NCBI GenBank assembly: GCA_965209055.1
Contig: OZ242374.1
Location: 2,400,001-2,464,000, forward strand
Reading direction: 5' to 3'
DNA length: 64,000 nucleotides
DNA from: Acidobacteriota bacterium
Lineage (GTDB): Bacteria > Acidobacteriota > UBA6911 > RPQK01 > JAJDTT01
Part shown: positions 36,024-45,936 of the stretch, piece after piece
Position numbering within the stretch: the first letter of the stretch is position 1
Layout of the letters: every line of letters starts with the position of its first letter
The notes under the pieces: generated by a model
Database searches by the model: none
What the model saw: only the letters and a program-made list of their open reading frames with translations
What the model was told of the DNA's origin: nothing
Program-made: the position numbers and the translations under genes

Positions 36024-37013
36024 TCAGAGGGAAAGGCTCTCCACCTCTCGAATTAGCTTCGAATCGACGTTGGCGCCGGTGGCAATGAGGCAGACGCTTT
36101 CCCAGGACCAGGGTTCGTCCTCCTTCGACTGCTGACGGAGCTTCAGGGCTGCGGCCAGAGCGCCGGCGCCGGCGCCCTCGGGCAAGGTGCCGGTGACCCG
36201 TTGAAAGAGGAGCATGGCTCGCTTCAATTCGATTTCCGAGACCAGGACCATCCGGTCCACCACCTCCAGCATCAGCTCCACGGCCTCGGGGATGGCGACC
36301 CGCACCGCCATGCCGCCGGCGAAGGTCTCGGCCGTGGCAGTGTCCGTCGGCCTGCCGTTGGCGAATGACAAAGCCATGCAGGGCGCCTCTTCCGACTGGA
36401 TTCCGATGATCTGAACCGCCGGGTTCGCCGCCTTCAGGCTGCTGGCGAGCCCTCCGATCAGGGCGCCGTTTCCAACCGGCACGAAGACCGCCTCCAAATC
36501 GGGTTGCTGGGCAGCCAGCTCCAGCCCGATGGTCGAAGTCCCTTCGACGATCCGGGCCGACTTCCCGTCCTCGATGAAGAGATGGCCCGGTTCGAAACCG
36601 CGCGCCAGCAACATCTCCTTGCCCTCGTCCAGATCGCGTCCCAGCAGCTCCAGGTCGGCTCCGAACTCCCGGATCAGCGCCAACTTGCTCTCATCCGCCC
36701 CCACCGGCGCCACCACCGTCAACGCCATCCCGTACTGCCGGCAGGCGTAGGCCATGGCCGCGCCGTGGTTCCCGGTCGAAACCGTATAGAGGCGGGTGAT
36801 GCCGGGATCGGCCACCAGGTCGGCCACCAGGTTCACGGCTCCGCGGATCTTGAAGGATCGGACCGGACTCTCGTACTCATGCTTGACGTAGACTTCGGTC
36901 CCCAGGAGGCGAGACAGTTGATCCTCCCGGGTCAACGGAGTCGGCGGCACCCACCGGCGGACCTCCTCCAATGCGGCCAACGAACGCTCAGGGGACGGTC
37001 GAAGCGTAGCCAT
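36024..37013 (-). CDS. PLP-dependent threonine/serine dehydratase-like enzyme
   Basis: SFKIRGA (PLP Lys), STGNHG, VPVGNGALIGG and ATGANVD motifs. Confidence 0.88.
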   Translation of the reverse strand: MATLRPSPERSLAALEEVRRWVPPTPLTREDQLSRLLGTEVYVKHEYESPVRSFKIRGAVNLVADLVADPGITRLYTVSTGNHGAAMAYACRQYGMALTVVAPVGADESKLALIREFGADLELLGRDLDEGKEMLLARGFEPGHLFIEDGKSARIVEGTSTIGLELAAQQPDLEAVFVPVGNGALIGGLASSLKAANPAVQIIGIQSEEAPCMALSFANGRPTDTATAETFAGGMAVRVAIPEAVELMLEVVDRMVLVSEIELKRAMLLFQRVTGTLPEGAGAGALAAALKLRQQSKEDEPWSWESVCLIATGANVDSKLIREVESLSL

Positions 37014-37218
37014 CTCAATTCCACTCCTGCATTGGTCGTCTCCAAACCATAATTCTCTCCGGTCGCGCCAAGATCGAGGCCATCATGATGCGCGATTTTG
37101 GAGAAAACCACACGCGGCACGGTCGGTATTGGACCTGGAATTGGACAACCTTCGAAGCCGGTAGTCAAAATGGTAGTGAGGCATCGATACAGTGTTCCAG
37201 CAATGAAGGAGTCGGACG

Positions 37219-37872
37219 ATGAAACATCTATTCGGGATCGGAGTGATCGGGATTCTTGTGTCGGCGCTCCTGTTCGGTCCTGCCGCCTGGGCGCAACTGG
37301 CCGGAGACGACTCGGTCGACGGCGGCGCGGACTCGGCGACGGCGACGCTGGCGGGAGGATGCTTCTGGTGCGTCGAGGCGGACCTTGAAAAGGTCGACGG
37401 TGTCCAAGAGGTGATCTCCGGCTACGCCGGTGGAACCGAGGTGAACCCGACCTACAAGCAGGTCTCTGCCGGAAGGACCAGCCACGTCGAGGCGGTGCAG
37501 GCGATCTACGATCCGTCCCGGGTGACGTTCAGCCAGTTGCTGGAAGTGTTCTGGAAGCACGTCGATCCGACAGACGCGGGCGGCCAGTTCGTGGATCGTG
37601 GACCCCACTACCGGACGGTCATCTTCTACGAGAACCAGATGCAACGGAAGCTGGCCGAGGAATCGAAGAAGCGCCTGGCGAAATCCGGCGTGTTCGATCG
37701 GCCCATCGTGACCGAGATCCGGGAGCTCAACCGGTTCTACAAGGCCGAGGACTACCACCAGGACTACTACAAGAGAAACGCCTTTCGTTACCGCTACTAC
37801 CGTTGGAACTCGGGGCGGGATCAGTTCCTGGAAAAGGTCTGGAAGGGACGACAGGTAAAACTGGCGGACTAA
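37219..37872 (+). CDS. msrA: Peptide-methionine (S)-S-oxide reductase with signal peptide
   Basis: GGCFWC, SGYAGG, HVEAVQ, GQFVDRG and AEDYHQDYY; cleavable N-terminal signal (AWA-Q). Confidence 0.95.
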   Translation: MKHLFGIGVIGILVSALLFGPAAWAQLAGDDSVDGGADSATATLAGGCFWCVEADLEKVDGVQEVISGYAGGTEVNPTYKQVSAGRTSHVEAVQAIYDPSRVTFSQLLEVFWKHVDPTDAGGQFVDRGPHYRTVIFYENQMQRKLAEESKKRLAKSGVFDRPIVTEIRELNRFYKAEDYHQDYYKRNAFRYRYYRWNSGRDQFLEKVWKGRQVKLAD

Positions 37873-37899
37873 CGCAGCCTGTTTCACCGCTCCGTCGAG

Positions 37900-39081
37900 A
37901 TGCGGTTCATCGGCGACATTCCGGTGTGGGGCGATCCCCAGGAGAATGCGGTTCTTCAGATGCAGAACTGCGCCGGGGAGGCGGAGAACTGCGCCCTGAT
38001 GGCGGACCATCATCTGGGTTATGCCGTCCCCATCGGCGGAGTCATCGCCTACGAGGGCCGCGTGAGCCCTTCGGGCGTCGGTTTCGACATCGCCTGCGGC
38101 AACAAGGCGGTCCGGCTCGACTGCGGCTACGGGGACATCCGGAAGCACATCCCGTCCGTCATGGATGAGATCTGGAAGTCCCTCTCCTTCGGTGTGGGCC
38201 GGGTCAACCGGGAGCCGGTCGACCACGACCTCTTCGACGACGATCCGGCCTGGAAAATACCGGCGGCCCAGCGGCTGAAACCGGTGGCCCGAAAGCAGTT
38301 GGGCACCATCGGGGGCGGCAACCACTACGTCGACCTCTTCTCCGACGAGCGAGAGCGGATCTGGGCCGGCGTGCACTTCGGTTCGCGCGGTCTGGGCCAC
38401 AAGCTGGCCACTCACTTCATCAAAGCCGGAGGCGGCAAGAACGGGATGCACGTGGACCCGGTGCTGCTGGACGTGGAGACCGAACTGGGAGCCGAATACG
38501 TGGCGTGCATGAAGCTGGCCGGCCGCTATGCTTACGCGGGCCGGGACTGGGTCTGCGAGAAGGTCGCTTCCATTCTGGGAGCGGAGATCCTGGAAGAAGT
38601 CCACAATCACCATAACTTCGCCTGGGAAGAAGAGCACGGGGGACGGCGGCTGTGGGTGGTTCGAAAAGGAGCCACTCCCGCCTTTCCCGGACAAAAAGGG
38701 TTCGTCGGGGGTTCCATGGGGGACCGGTCCGTGATCCTGGAAGGAGTCGACGCAAAAGAGAGCGAGCAGGCCCTCTACTCAACCGTCCATGGCGCCGGTC
38801 GGGTCATGTCCCGGACCCGGGCCGCCGGCAAGACCCGATTCAGGAAGGGAAAGCGGATCCGCATCTCGGCGGGAGAAATCAGCCGTGACATGATGCTGGC
38901 CTGGGTCCGCGGCATGGGAGTCGAGCTCCGCGGGGCCGGCACCGACGAATCGCCCCACTGCTACAAACGCCTGCCCGAGGTCCTCGAAGCCCACCACGGC
39001 ACTATCCGGATCCTGCACACCCTCGACCCCATCGGCGTGGCCATGGCCGCCGCGGGCGAGTTCGACCCCTACCGGGATTGA
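37900..39081 (+). CDS. rtcB: RtcB-family RNA ligase
   Basis: DHHLGY, VGFDIACG, LGTIGGGNHY, HFGSRG, HHNFA, RKGATPA and HGAGR motifs. Confidence 0.93.
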   Translation: MRFIGDIPVWGDPQENAVLQMQNCAGEAENCALMADHHLGYAVPIGGVIAYEGRVSPSGVGFDIACGNKAVRLDCGYGDIRKHIPSVMDEIWKSLSFGVGRVNREPVDHDLFDDDPAWKIPAAQRLKPVARKQLGTIGGGNHYVDLFSDERERIWAGVHFGSRGLGHKLATHFIKAGGGKNGMHVDPVLLDVETELGAEYVACMKLAGRYAYAGRDWVCEKVASILGAEILEEVHNHHNFAWEEEHGGRRLWVVRKGATPAFPGQKGFVGGSMGDRSVILEGVDAKESEQALYSTVHGAGRVMSRTRAAGKTRFRKGKRIRISAGEISRDMMLAWVRGMGVELRGAGTDESPHCYKRLPEVLEAHHGTIRILHTLDPIGVAMAAAGEFDPYRD

Positions 39082-39197
39082 AGCGACGCCGTCAACCGGG
39101 ACGCCGTCTGCCGGGCGTTCCGGTGGGACTCTCTCCCTTGTATTCTTGCAGCCGGGGCGGTAGTAAACTGGGCCGAGGCCCGGGAAGGGGATGTGCG

Positions 39198-40400
39198 ATG
39201 AGGCGACTGCTGCTGTGTGTTGCGAGTCTGGCATGGTTGCTGGAACCGATCCACGCGGCCGGCTGGGAGCGTGTCCAGGTCAAGATCGGCGAGACGGTCA
39301 ATATCGTTCCCCAAGGCACGCGGCTGGTCCGGGGAATGCTGGGAATCATACGGCATCCCGACGGGTCCATCTTCGTGAACACCCAGACCGGGGGTCTGGC
39401 CCGAAGCCGGGACCAGGGGAAGACCTGGAGCCTGCTCCCGACAGAGAGAGCCTTTGCCCTGGGTGTCTCCCGCGACGGACGGCTCTGGTTGGCGGACCAC
39501 GTCAAAAACGCTTCCCAGTTGGTGGTGCGCCACTCCTCCGACTCGGGCGAGACCTGGACCAAGACAGTGCTCGACGTCTCCGATCTCTCCCCGGAATCGA
39601 GCCGGCAGCCTTACAACTGGACCGGCGACGACTACAACACATTCATCGAGCGGCCCGACGGGACCCTCATGTTCTCGGCCGGTCTGCGGCGGATCCCCTG
39701 GTATTACGAGGATCCGTCCCTGATGGAGGATGGACTGGTCTCGCCCGATGCCGACGTGGGCGGCCTTTTCCTGTTCCGGAGCCGCGATGGCGGCAAAAGT
39801 TGGGGAGAACCGAGCCTGGTGCATGGGTTTGCCTCCGAAGTGGGCTATGCCGTCGATCCCGCGGACTCGGACCGCATCCTGGCCATGACCCGGATCCAGA
39901 GGCCTCTACTGGCGGGCGAGGACAGGTCGGAGACGCTGAAGAAGACGGGCGCCCCGGCCAGCACCAAGTCCAGCTATCCCTCCATCTACAAGAACGGCCT
40001 GCTGCTGGAATCGCGCGACGGCGGCCGCACATTCGCCGAGGTTCCGGGAGGGCTCACCGGATTCTACGAGATTCGCGGGACCATCCTCTGGACGGCGGAC
40101 AACCGGGTGGTGGTGACCCATCAGGGGGCGCACCCGGGTGGAGCCCCGGACGGAACCCTCCTGGCCAGAATCAGTCTCGACGGCGGTCGGCGCTGGCTCG
40201 ACGGCACGGCAACCGGGACGACGGCCATGAACCAATCCCGAAAATTCGTGCTGGTCCCCATGCCCCCCGGGCATTCCTTCACGGCACCCAGCGTGCAGAT
40301 CTCCGAAAATCGCTTTCTGAGCGTCTATTTTCACGGAAACCTGAGCCGGAACATCGCCATGGTCAGTGGTGTTTTCTGGCGTTTGGAGCACCTTCCGTGA
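39198..40400 (+). CDS. Exported BNR/Asp-box (sialidase-like) protein
   Basis: Signal peptide; Asp boxes SRDQGKTW, SSDSGETW, SRDGGKSW, SRDGGRTF and SLDGGRRW. Confidence 0.8.
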   Translation: MRRLLLCVASLAWLLEPIHAAGWERVQVKIGETVNIVPQGTRLVRGMLGIIRHPDGSIFVNTQTGGLARSRDQGKTWSLLPTERAFALGVSRDGRLWLADHVKNASQLVVRHSSDSGETWTKTVLDVSDLSPESSRQPYNWTGDDYNTFIERPDGTLMFSAGLRRIPWYYEDPSLMEDGLVSPDADVGGLFLFRSRDGGKSWGEPSLVHGFASEVGYAVDPADSDRILAMTRIQRPLLAGEDRSETLKKTGAPASTKSSYPSIYKNGLLLESRDGGRTFAEVPGGLTGFYEIRGTILWTADNRVVVTHQGAHPGGAPDGTLLARISLDGGRRWLDGTATGTTAMNQSRKFVLVPMPPGHSFTAPSVQISENRFLSVYFHGNLSRNIAMVSGVFWRLEHLP

Positions 40401-40439
40401 AAACGTTCGGAGACGCGGCTCGGGCGACATAGGGGAGGC

Positions 40440-42326
40440 ATGGAGCAAGTCGCGATCGCGGTTGTGGGCTGTGGGAATTTCGGCTCGCACATGGCCCGCC
40501 TGATCCAGGTGCTGGAGCCCTACCGGATCGCCGGATGCCATGATTCCGACCGGGCCGGCGCCGACGCGCTGGCCGCCAGCCTGCAGACATACGCCTACGA
40601 CTCGTTCTCCGAATGTCTCCGCGATCCCAATGTCGACGCCGTCTTCCTGGCGACGCCCAACCACCTGCACTGTCCCCAGGCCGTGGCTGCCGCCCGGGCG
40701 GGCAAGCACATCTTCTGCGAGAAGCCCATGGCGCTCGACGTCGAGGAGTGCCACCGGATGATGGAGGCGGCGACGGCGGCCGGGGTGAAACTCATGGTCG
40801 GCCACAAGCGCCGGCTGCGGCCCCAGTACGCCAAGATGTCCCAGGTGGTTCGGAGCGGCCGTCTGGGGCGCGTCATGGCGGTCAACATCAACGGCTTCTA
40901 CCACCGGGACTGGTGGAGCTGGTGGCTGCGGCGAGACCGGGGCGGAGGGTTGCTCCACGCCTCCGGCGTTCACGACATCGATTTTCTGCGGCACATCTGC
41001 GGCGAGGCGGCGAACGTGTTCGCCAGGAGTCCCGTGAAGACGGATCATCGAAGCGATTTCGAAGACCAGATCTCGATGCTGATCCACTTCGAGTCGGGCG
41101 CGGTGGCCACGCTTCAGGTCAGCCCCTTCTCTCCGATTCGGACCTTTCGCCAGGCCTTCGGCGTGCACATCGTGCTGGAGCAGGGAGGGATCCTCTACGA
41201 TCCCGGCGATTGCAGCGTCACCATTCGGAGCCGCGACGGATGGGAGGAGCGGCACGGGTTCGACAACGAGGCCGGCTTCCGGAGCGCCTATCTCGAAGAG
41301 TTGACCAGCTTCGCCGATTGGATTCTGAAGGACCGGGAGCCGGTGCTCACCGGTTGGGACGGGCTTCGCTGCGTGGAGATCATGGAAGCCGCCTATCTCT
41401 CGGCTCGGACCGGACGGCAGGTCGAGTTGCCGCTGCCGCGGCAAAACGCTCCCGCAGTCATTCGGGGCTCCCTCTCCCGAACGCGGGATCTGGAGGAGCC
41501 GGTCCTGGTCGCCCGAGGACTCTCCATGCCCGAGGGCCCCGCCTTCGACGCCGGCGGAAACCTCTTCGTGGCCAACTGCCGCGCCGACCACGTGTCCAAA
41601 ATCTCACCCGACGGCCGGGTGTCCCGCTTCCTGACCACGGGCGGCAAGCCCCAGGGCGTGGTGGTGAATCCGGACGGGAGCCTCCTGGTATCGGACCACA
41701 AGTTGCGCAAGATCCTCCGGGCCGGACCGGATGGTTCGCTGGAGGACTTCTGCACCCACTATGGCGACGGCCGGCGCCTGCGTGGACCCAACGAGATCCT
41801 TCACGGTCCCGAGGGTCAGGTCTATTTCACCGATCCGGGAACGGCTTGGCGGGGCCGGCCCACCGGAGCCGTCTCCCGGGTGACGGAGCAGGGAACCGCC
41901 GAGGTCCTGGCGGACGGCCTGGAGTTCACCAACGGTTTGGATTTTCCTCCCGGCGGGAAGGCGATCCATGTCGTGGAGACCACCAGCGGCAAGGTCCTGC
42001 GCGCGGCTCTGAACGAAACGGGAGATTTGGCCGGACCGTTGGAGGAATTCGTGCGTTTCCCGGGGAGGGTCGGTCCCGACGGGATCCGATTCGCCGCCGA
42101 TGGCGATCTCTACGTCACTCTTTTCGGCCGCGGCCAGATCGCCGTGGTCTCCCCGGACGCCGAGGTGATGGATCGAATCCGGCTTCCCGGCCTGTACCCC
42201 ACCAACGCGGTCTTCCGGGACGGTAATCTGTTGGTGTGCGAAGGAGCCACGGGAGCCATTTGGAGGCTGAGTCTGGGTGTGGAGGGGTTGCCGAGCTACT
42301 CGGAGAGGATCTGGAACGGATCGTGA
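40440..42326 (+). CDS. Fusion of Gfo/Idh/MocA oxidoreductase and SMP-30/gluconolactonase domains
   Basis: N-half VGCGNFG, ATPNHLH, CEKPMA, HDID; C-half PEGPAFD, GPNE, YFTDP, NGLDF, PDGIRF; single reading frame with no internal stop. Confidence 0.85.
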   Translation: MEQVAIAVVGCGNFGSHMARLIQVLEPYRIAGCHDSDRAGADALAASLQTYAYDSFSECLRDPNVDAVFLATPNHLHCPQAVAAARAGKHIFCEKPMALDVEECHRMMEAATAAGVKLMVGHKRRLRPQYAKMSQVVRSGRLGRVMAVNINGFYHRDWWSWWLRRDRGGGLLHASGVHDIDFLRHICGEAANVFARSPVKTDHRSDFEDQISMLIHFESGAVATLQVSPFSPIRTFRQAFGVHIVLEQGGILYDPGDCSVTIRSRDGWEERHGFDNEAGFRSAYLEELTSFADWILKDREPVLTGWDGLRCVEIMEAAYLSARTGRQVELPLPRQNAPAVIRGSLSRTRDLEEPVLVARGLSMPEGPAFDAGGNLFVANCRADHVSKISPDGRVSRFLTTGGKPQGVVVNPDGSLLVSDHKLRKILRAGPDGSLEDFCTHYGDGRRLRGPNEILHGPEGQVYFTDPGTAWRGRPTGAVSRVTEQGTAEVLADGLEFTNGLDFPPGGKAIHVVETTSGKVLRAALNETGDLAGPLEEFVRFPGRVGPDGIRFAADGDLYVTLFGRGQIAVVSPDAEVMDRIRLPGLYPTNAVFRDGNLLVCEGATGAIWRLSLGVEGLPSYSERIWNGS

Positions 42327-42351
42327 AACTACACTGAAGAGGAGAGAAAAC

Positions 42352-43368
42352 ATGCCGAAACATCGTCTCGTCTGGCTGACCATCGTCGACCAGGACCCGT
42401 CCCCGCTGGAGGCTCAACTCTCCAGTCTGGACTATGAGCTGGAAGTGGTTCTATTGCCGGACCCGGAGCAGACGGTTCAGGCGGTCCGCGGCGGCGACGC
42501 GGTCGTCACGGTCGGCGTGCCGCTTCGGACCGAGGTGCTGGATCAGGCCCAGAGGCTTCGGGCGATACTGAGCCAGGGGCACGGCGTCGATCACATCGAC
42601 ATCGACGATGCCACCCGGCACGGAATCATGGTGGTCAATACGCCCGGCTTCTGCACCGAAGAGGTCTCCAATCACGCTCTGGCGCTGCTGTTGGCCTGTA
42701 CCCGCCAGATCGTCAGTCTGGACCGCCGGGTCAGGAACGGGGAGTGGACGCCGGACCTGTGGGGCCGGATCGACCCCATTCCTCCCCTCGTCGGGCAGGT
42801 GCTGGGTCTGGTGAGCTTCGGCGGCATCGCCCGGCTTTTTGCCCGCAAGGCCCGGGCTCTGGGATTGAAGATCATCGCCTACGACCCGTACATTCCCCCC
42901 TGGATCGCGCAGGAGTACCGGATCGAGCTGGTCCCGGACCTGAACGAGCTGGCCCGCCGCTCCGACTTCGTTTCCATGCACGTGCCCAACGCCGCCGCCA
43001 CCCGGGGCATGCTTGGCGAAGACTTCTTCCGGGCCATGAAGCCGAGTGCTTATTTCGTGAACACGGGCCGGGGCCGCACCGTCGACGAGGCGGCCATGAT
43101 TTCGGCGCTTCAAGAGGGGGAGATCGCCGGCGCCGGACTGGACGTTTTCGAGGTGGAACCGCTTTCTTCGGACAGTCCGCTCATGGACATGGTCAACGTC
43201 GTCCTGACCCCGCATTCGGCCGGGCTCTCGGACGCGATCTGGAATCGGGGGGCCACCATCATGGGGCAGGAAGCGGCTCGCATCTTCAGGGGGGAGTGGC
43301 CCATGTCCCTGGCCAATCCCCAGGTAAGGGACCGCGTGCCTCCCCGCAAGCCGGCCACCAACTCCTGA
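42352..43368 (+). CDS. D-isomer-specific 2-hydroxyacid dehydrogenase (CtBP-like)
   Basis: GVDHID, FGGIA, VNTGRG, LDVFEVEP and TPHSAG motifs. Confidence 0.9.
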   Translation: MPKHRLVWLTIVDQDPSPLEAQLSSLDYELEVVLLPDPEQTVQAVRGGDAVVTVGVPLRTEVLDQAQRLRAILSQGHGVDHIDIDDATRHGIMVVNTPGFCTEEVSNHALALLLACTRQIVSLDRRVRNGEWTPDLWGRIDPIPPLVGQVLGLVSFGGIARLFARKARALGLKIIAYDPYIPPWIAQEYRIELVPDLNELARRSDFVSMHVPNAAATRGMLGEDFFRAMKPSAYFVNTGRGRTVDEAAMISALQEGEIAGAGLDVFEVEPLSSDSPLMDMVNVVLTPHSAGLSDAIWNRGATIMGQEAARIFRGEWPMSLANPQVRDRVPPRKPATNS

Positions 43369-43410
43369 TCGAATGGGACTGAAATCCCGTCAGCGGCGGC
43401 AAGCCTCCAT

Positions 43411-43773
43411 TCAGGCGGGGTGCACGTACTCCACCGGCTGGGGTTGGATCTCGTCGGCCGGCCGGCGTCCGGCGTCACGCCGGCCGCTGCCTTGAAGCCG
43501 GCTGATGATCCGCACCGTCATCTCGTGGTCGCAACAGATCTGGCAGCTCAGGCGGACGCCGGTCACTCGGCGCATCTCCAGGACATTCTTTTCCGCAGCC
43601 GTCATCCGAGCCGGCTCGCCGTCGACGAACTCCACCCTGCAGGTGGTGCAGCGGGCGTTCCCGCCGCAGGCGTGAAGCTGATCGATGCCGGCCTCGTCGG
43701 TGAGAGCCAGGACCAGCCGTTTGCCGGCATCCACGTCGAAATCGCCTACACCCTCCACAGTCAGCTTGGGCAT
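43411..43773 (-). CDS. 2Fe-2S ferredoxin
   Basis: CGGNARCTTC...RLSCQ. Confidence 0.9.
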   Translation of the reverse strand: MPKLTVEGVGDFDVDAGKRLVLALTDEAGIDQLHACGGNARCTTCRVEFVDGEPARMTAAEKNVLEMRRVTGVRLSCQICCDHEMTVRIISRLQGSGRRDAGRRPADEIQPQPVEYVHPA

Positions 43774-43775
43774 GC

Positions 43776-44567
43776 CTACTCCTCTTTTGTGGTTTCCAAC
43801 TTTCGATCGAAGTCTTGCCGGTATTGCAGGTCGTCCCCCAGCGGAACCGCCCGGAACTCGTGTTCGATCGTGCGGTCCAACACCGGGTCGTTGAGACCCA
43901 CCAGGAAGCGGTCACCCACGCCCAGCGCCGTTTCCGGGGGAAGGTCCAGCCGCTGGACGGTCTCATCCACCGAATCCAGGAAGGAACCGCAACCGCAGTA
44001 CAGGACCATGGGATCGGACAGCGATCGCACCTCGTTCATGTTCAGCAGGTATTCCAGGTCCACCAACTCCGAGATCTTACTGTCCTGCAACGGGACCGTA
44101 TTCTCCCCCACCACCACGTGGCTGAAGATGCGCAATTCGTCCCAGTGGGGACGGATCTCCTCGTAAGGCCAGGCCGTCCGCGCCAACGGGTGGGGACACA
44201 TCTGTTTCGGCTTGTCCGGAAAGAGGGGGTCGAGTTCCCGGTCGCACTGGTCGCTGCCCACGGAAATGAGGATCTCCTGCCCGTCGCGGATGGCGACGAC
44301 TTCGGCTTCCCCACCCGTCATCGAACCCTGGACCTCGAAGTCGGGACTCTGGGTGAGCAGATAACGGCCGAGGTGGAAGATGGACGGATTCGTAAGCGTC
44401 GCCATGGTGAAGCGTCCGTCCCGCTCGAGCTGTTCATCCATCTCCTTCCGCATCCCCTTCACGTCCCGGGAGCAGAATCGGGCTCCGGACACCGACCCCA
44501 CCGGGAGAGAGCGCTGCTCCGTACCTGACCGGCCCTGGACCGTCATCTCGACATAGGTGATCTGCAT
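43776..44567 (-). CDS. DUF2848-like protein (FAH-like fold)
   Basis: TGGEAE, VGSDQCDRELD, KQMCP, WPYEEIRPHWDEL and LNDPVLDRTIEH patterns. Confidence 0.7.
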   Translation of the reverse strand: MQITYVEMTVQGRSGTEQRSLPVGSVSGARFCSRDVKGMRKEMDEQLERDGRFTMATLTNPSIFHLGRYLLTQSPDFEVQGSMTGGEAEVVAIRDGQEILISVGSDQCDRELDPLFPDKPKQMCPHPLARTAWPYEEIRPHWDELRIFSHVVVGENTVPLQDSKISELVDLEYLLNMNEVRSLSDPMVLYCGCGSFLDSVDETVQRLDLPPETALGVGDRFLVGLNDPVLDRTIEHEFRAVPLGDDLQYRQDFDRKLETTKEE

Positions 44568-44915
44568 CGGCGTAGAATACTCGGATTCTTCCTTGCGTGC
44601 GACAGCATCGAACCGGCTGATGCGGGATCGGATGCGCGCTGGCTACGGTTACAGGAAACCGCCGGAAACGGCCGGGTCTCCCGGTTCGATTCTCTAGACG
44701 TGCCCATTCTTTCGTGCTATTTCTGGAAAAAATTTAGTCGCGAACAGGACTTTCATCTCCGCGCGCCGGTCGGGGCTGCCAAGTCGGAAGGTCTCCCCAG
44801 AGTAGATAGCGCAGTGTTCGAGACCCTTTCCCAACCGAAATTCTTCAAACCATTCAGAAACCATGCACCGCCGCCCGGCTTATCGATGCCGTGGCGGCGC
44901 CGGAGGACCTCCACC

Positions 44916-45893
44916 ATGGCCGGATTCCGATGGCCCTATCTGTTGATCACTTCGATTCTGGCGGTCGCCGGACCGGGAATCGCTCCGGCGCAAACCTCGG
45001 CTTGCGCCGATCACTCGATTTCCGCCGGGGCCGTGCGGACATACGAGGACGTGGAGGCGTTCGTCAAATGCGCCTACGAGTTTGTCCAGGAAGTGGGCTT
45101 CGAGGAGGCGAAAAGGGCCTTCCACGAAGACGAACGGTGGAGAAAGGGACCCAACTATATTTTCGTCTCCGAGGATACGCCCGTGAGTGAAGAGACTCGG
45201 AGCTTGGTATTTCCGCCCGACCCGTCCAGGGAAGGACGGACGATAACGCGGCTGCTGGACGACGCCTTCGGCAACAATTACTACAGGGATCGGCATCGTA
45301 TCCTGAGCCTCGTCGGTGAGGGCTGGATCCATTACGCGTTCACGAACCCGGCGACCGGCATGGAAGAGCCCAAGGCCTCCTACGTCAAGAGCATCGACTG
45401 GGACGGGACCCCGGCCGCCATCGGCTCCGGCATCTACCGGCGCGACCTCCCGGGGACCTGCCGGCGAGAAGAGGTCAACGCCACGGTGCTCGGGATGGAC
45501 CCGTCCAACGAGAGGCTGCAGGAGTTCGTCCGTTGCGCCGCCATGGAAGTGGAAGCGATGGGGTACTTCGCCTCCATCAGCCTGTCCGCGGATCCCCGTT
45601 GGAGGCACGACTCGATCTATGTGTTCGGCGTCGACGGAAACGGAAACACGCTGTTCAGCGGGGATCCCTACCGCTGGGGCGGTTGGACCTTGGGCGGCCC
45701 CGATACCGAGCTGACCTCCCTGGCCGACCGGGACGACCTGAGCGTGGCCCAGGCCTTCGGTGAAACCTTCCTCTACTACCTGAGCCGAAACCCCGCCACC
45801 GGGATGGAGCAGCGGAAAGTCGTCTTCGTCAAGCGGGTGGTCACCTACGGCCTGCCGATCCTCATCGGCTCGGGTTATTATCTGGATGAATGA
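44916..45893 (+). CDS. Exported protein with two Cache (sCache_2-like) domains, paralog 1
   Basis: GGAGG RBS; signal peptide; GFEEAKRAF...YIFV...GWIHYAFTNPATGMEEPKASYVK...IGSGIY unit present twice; no transmembrane or output domain. Confidence 0.75.
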   Translation: MAGFRWPYLLITSILAVAGPGIAPAQTSACADHSISAGAVRTYEDVEAFVKCAYEFVQEVGFEEAKRAFHEDERWRKGPNYIFVSEDTPVSEETRSLVFPPDPSREGRTITRLLDDAFGNNYYRDRHRILSLVGEGWIHYAFTNPATGMEEPKASYVKSIDWDGTPAAIGSGIYRRDLPGTCRREEVNATVLGMDPSNERLQEFVRCAAMEVEAMGYFASISLSADPRWRHDSIYVFGVDGNGNTLFSGDPYRWGGWTLGGPDTELTSLADRDDLSVAQAFGETFLYYLSRNPATGMEQRKVVFVKRVVTYGLPILIGSGYYLDE

Positions 45894-45936
45894 AAAACTG
45901 CGGGCTCAAGCCCGATTGCGAATCTGGAGGACAATC

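Noticed and set aside
44670-44700. GGTTCGATTC T-loop-like sequence suggesting a tRNA
   Set aside because: No T-stem pairing, cloverleaf or CCA end can be formed
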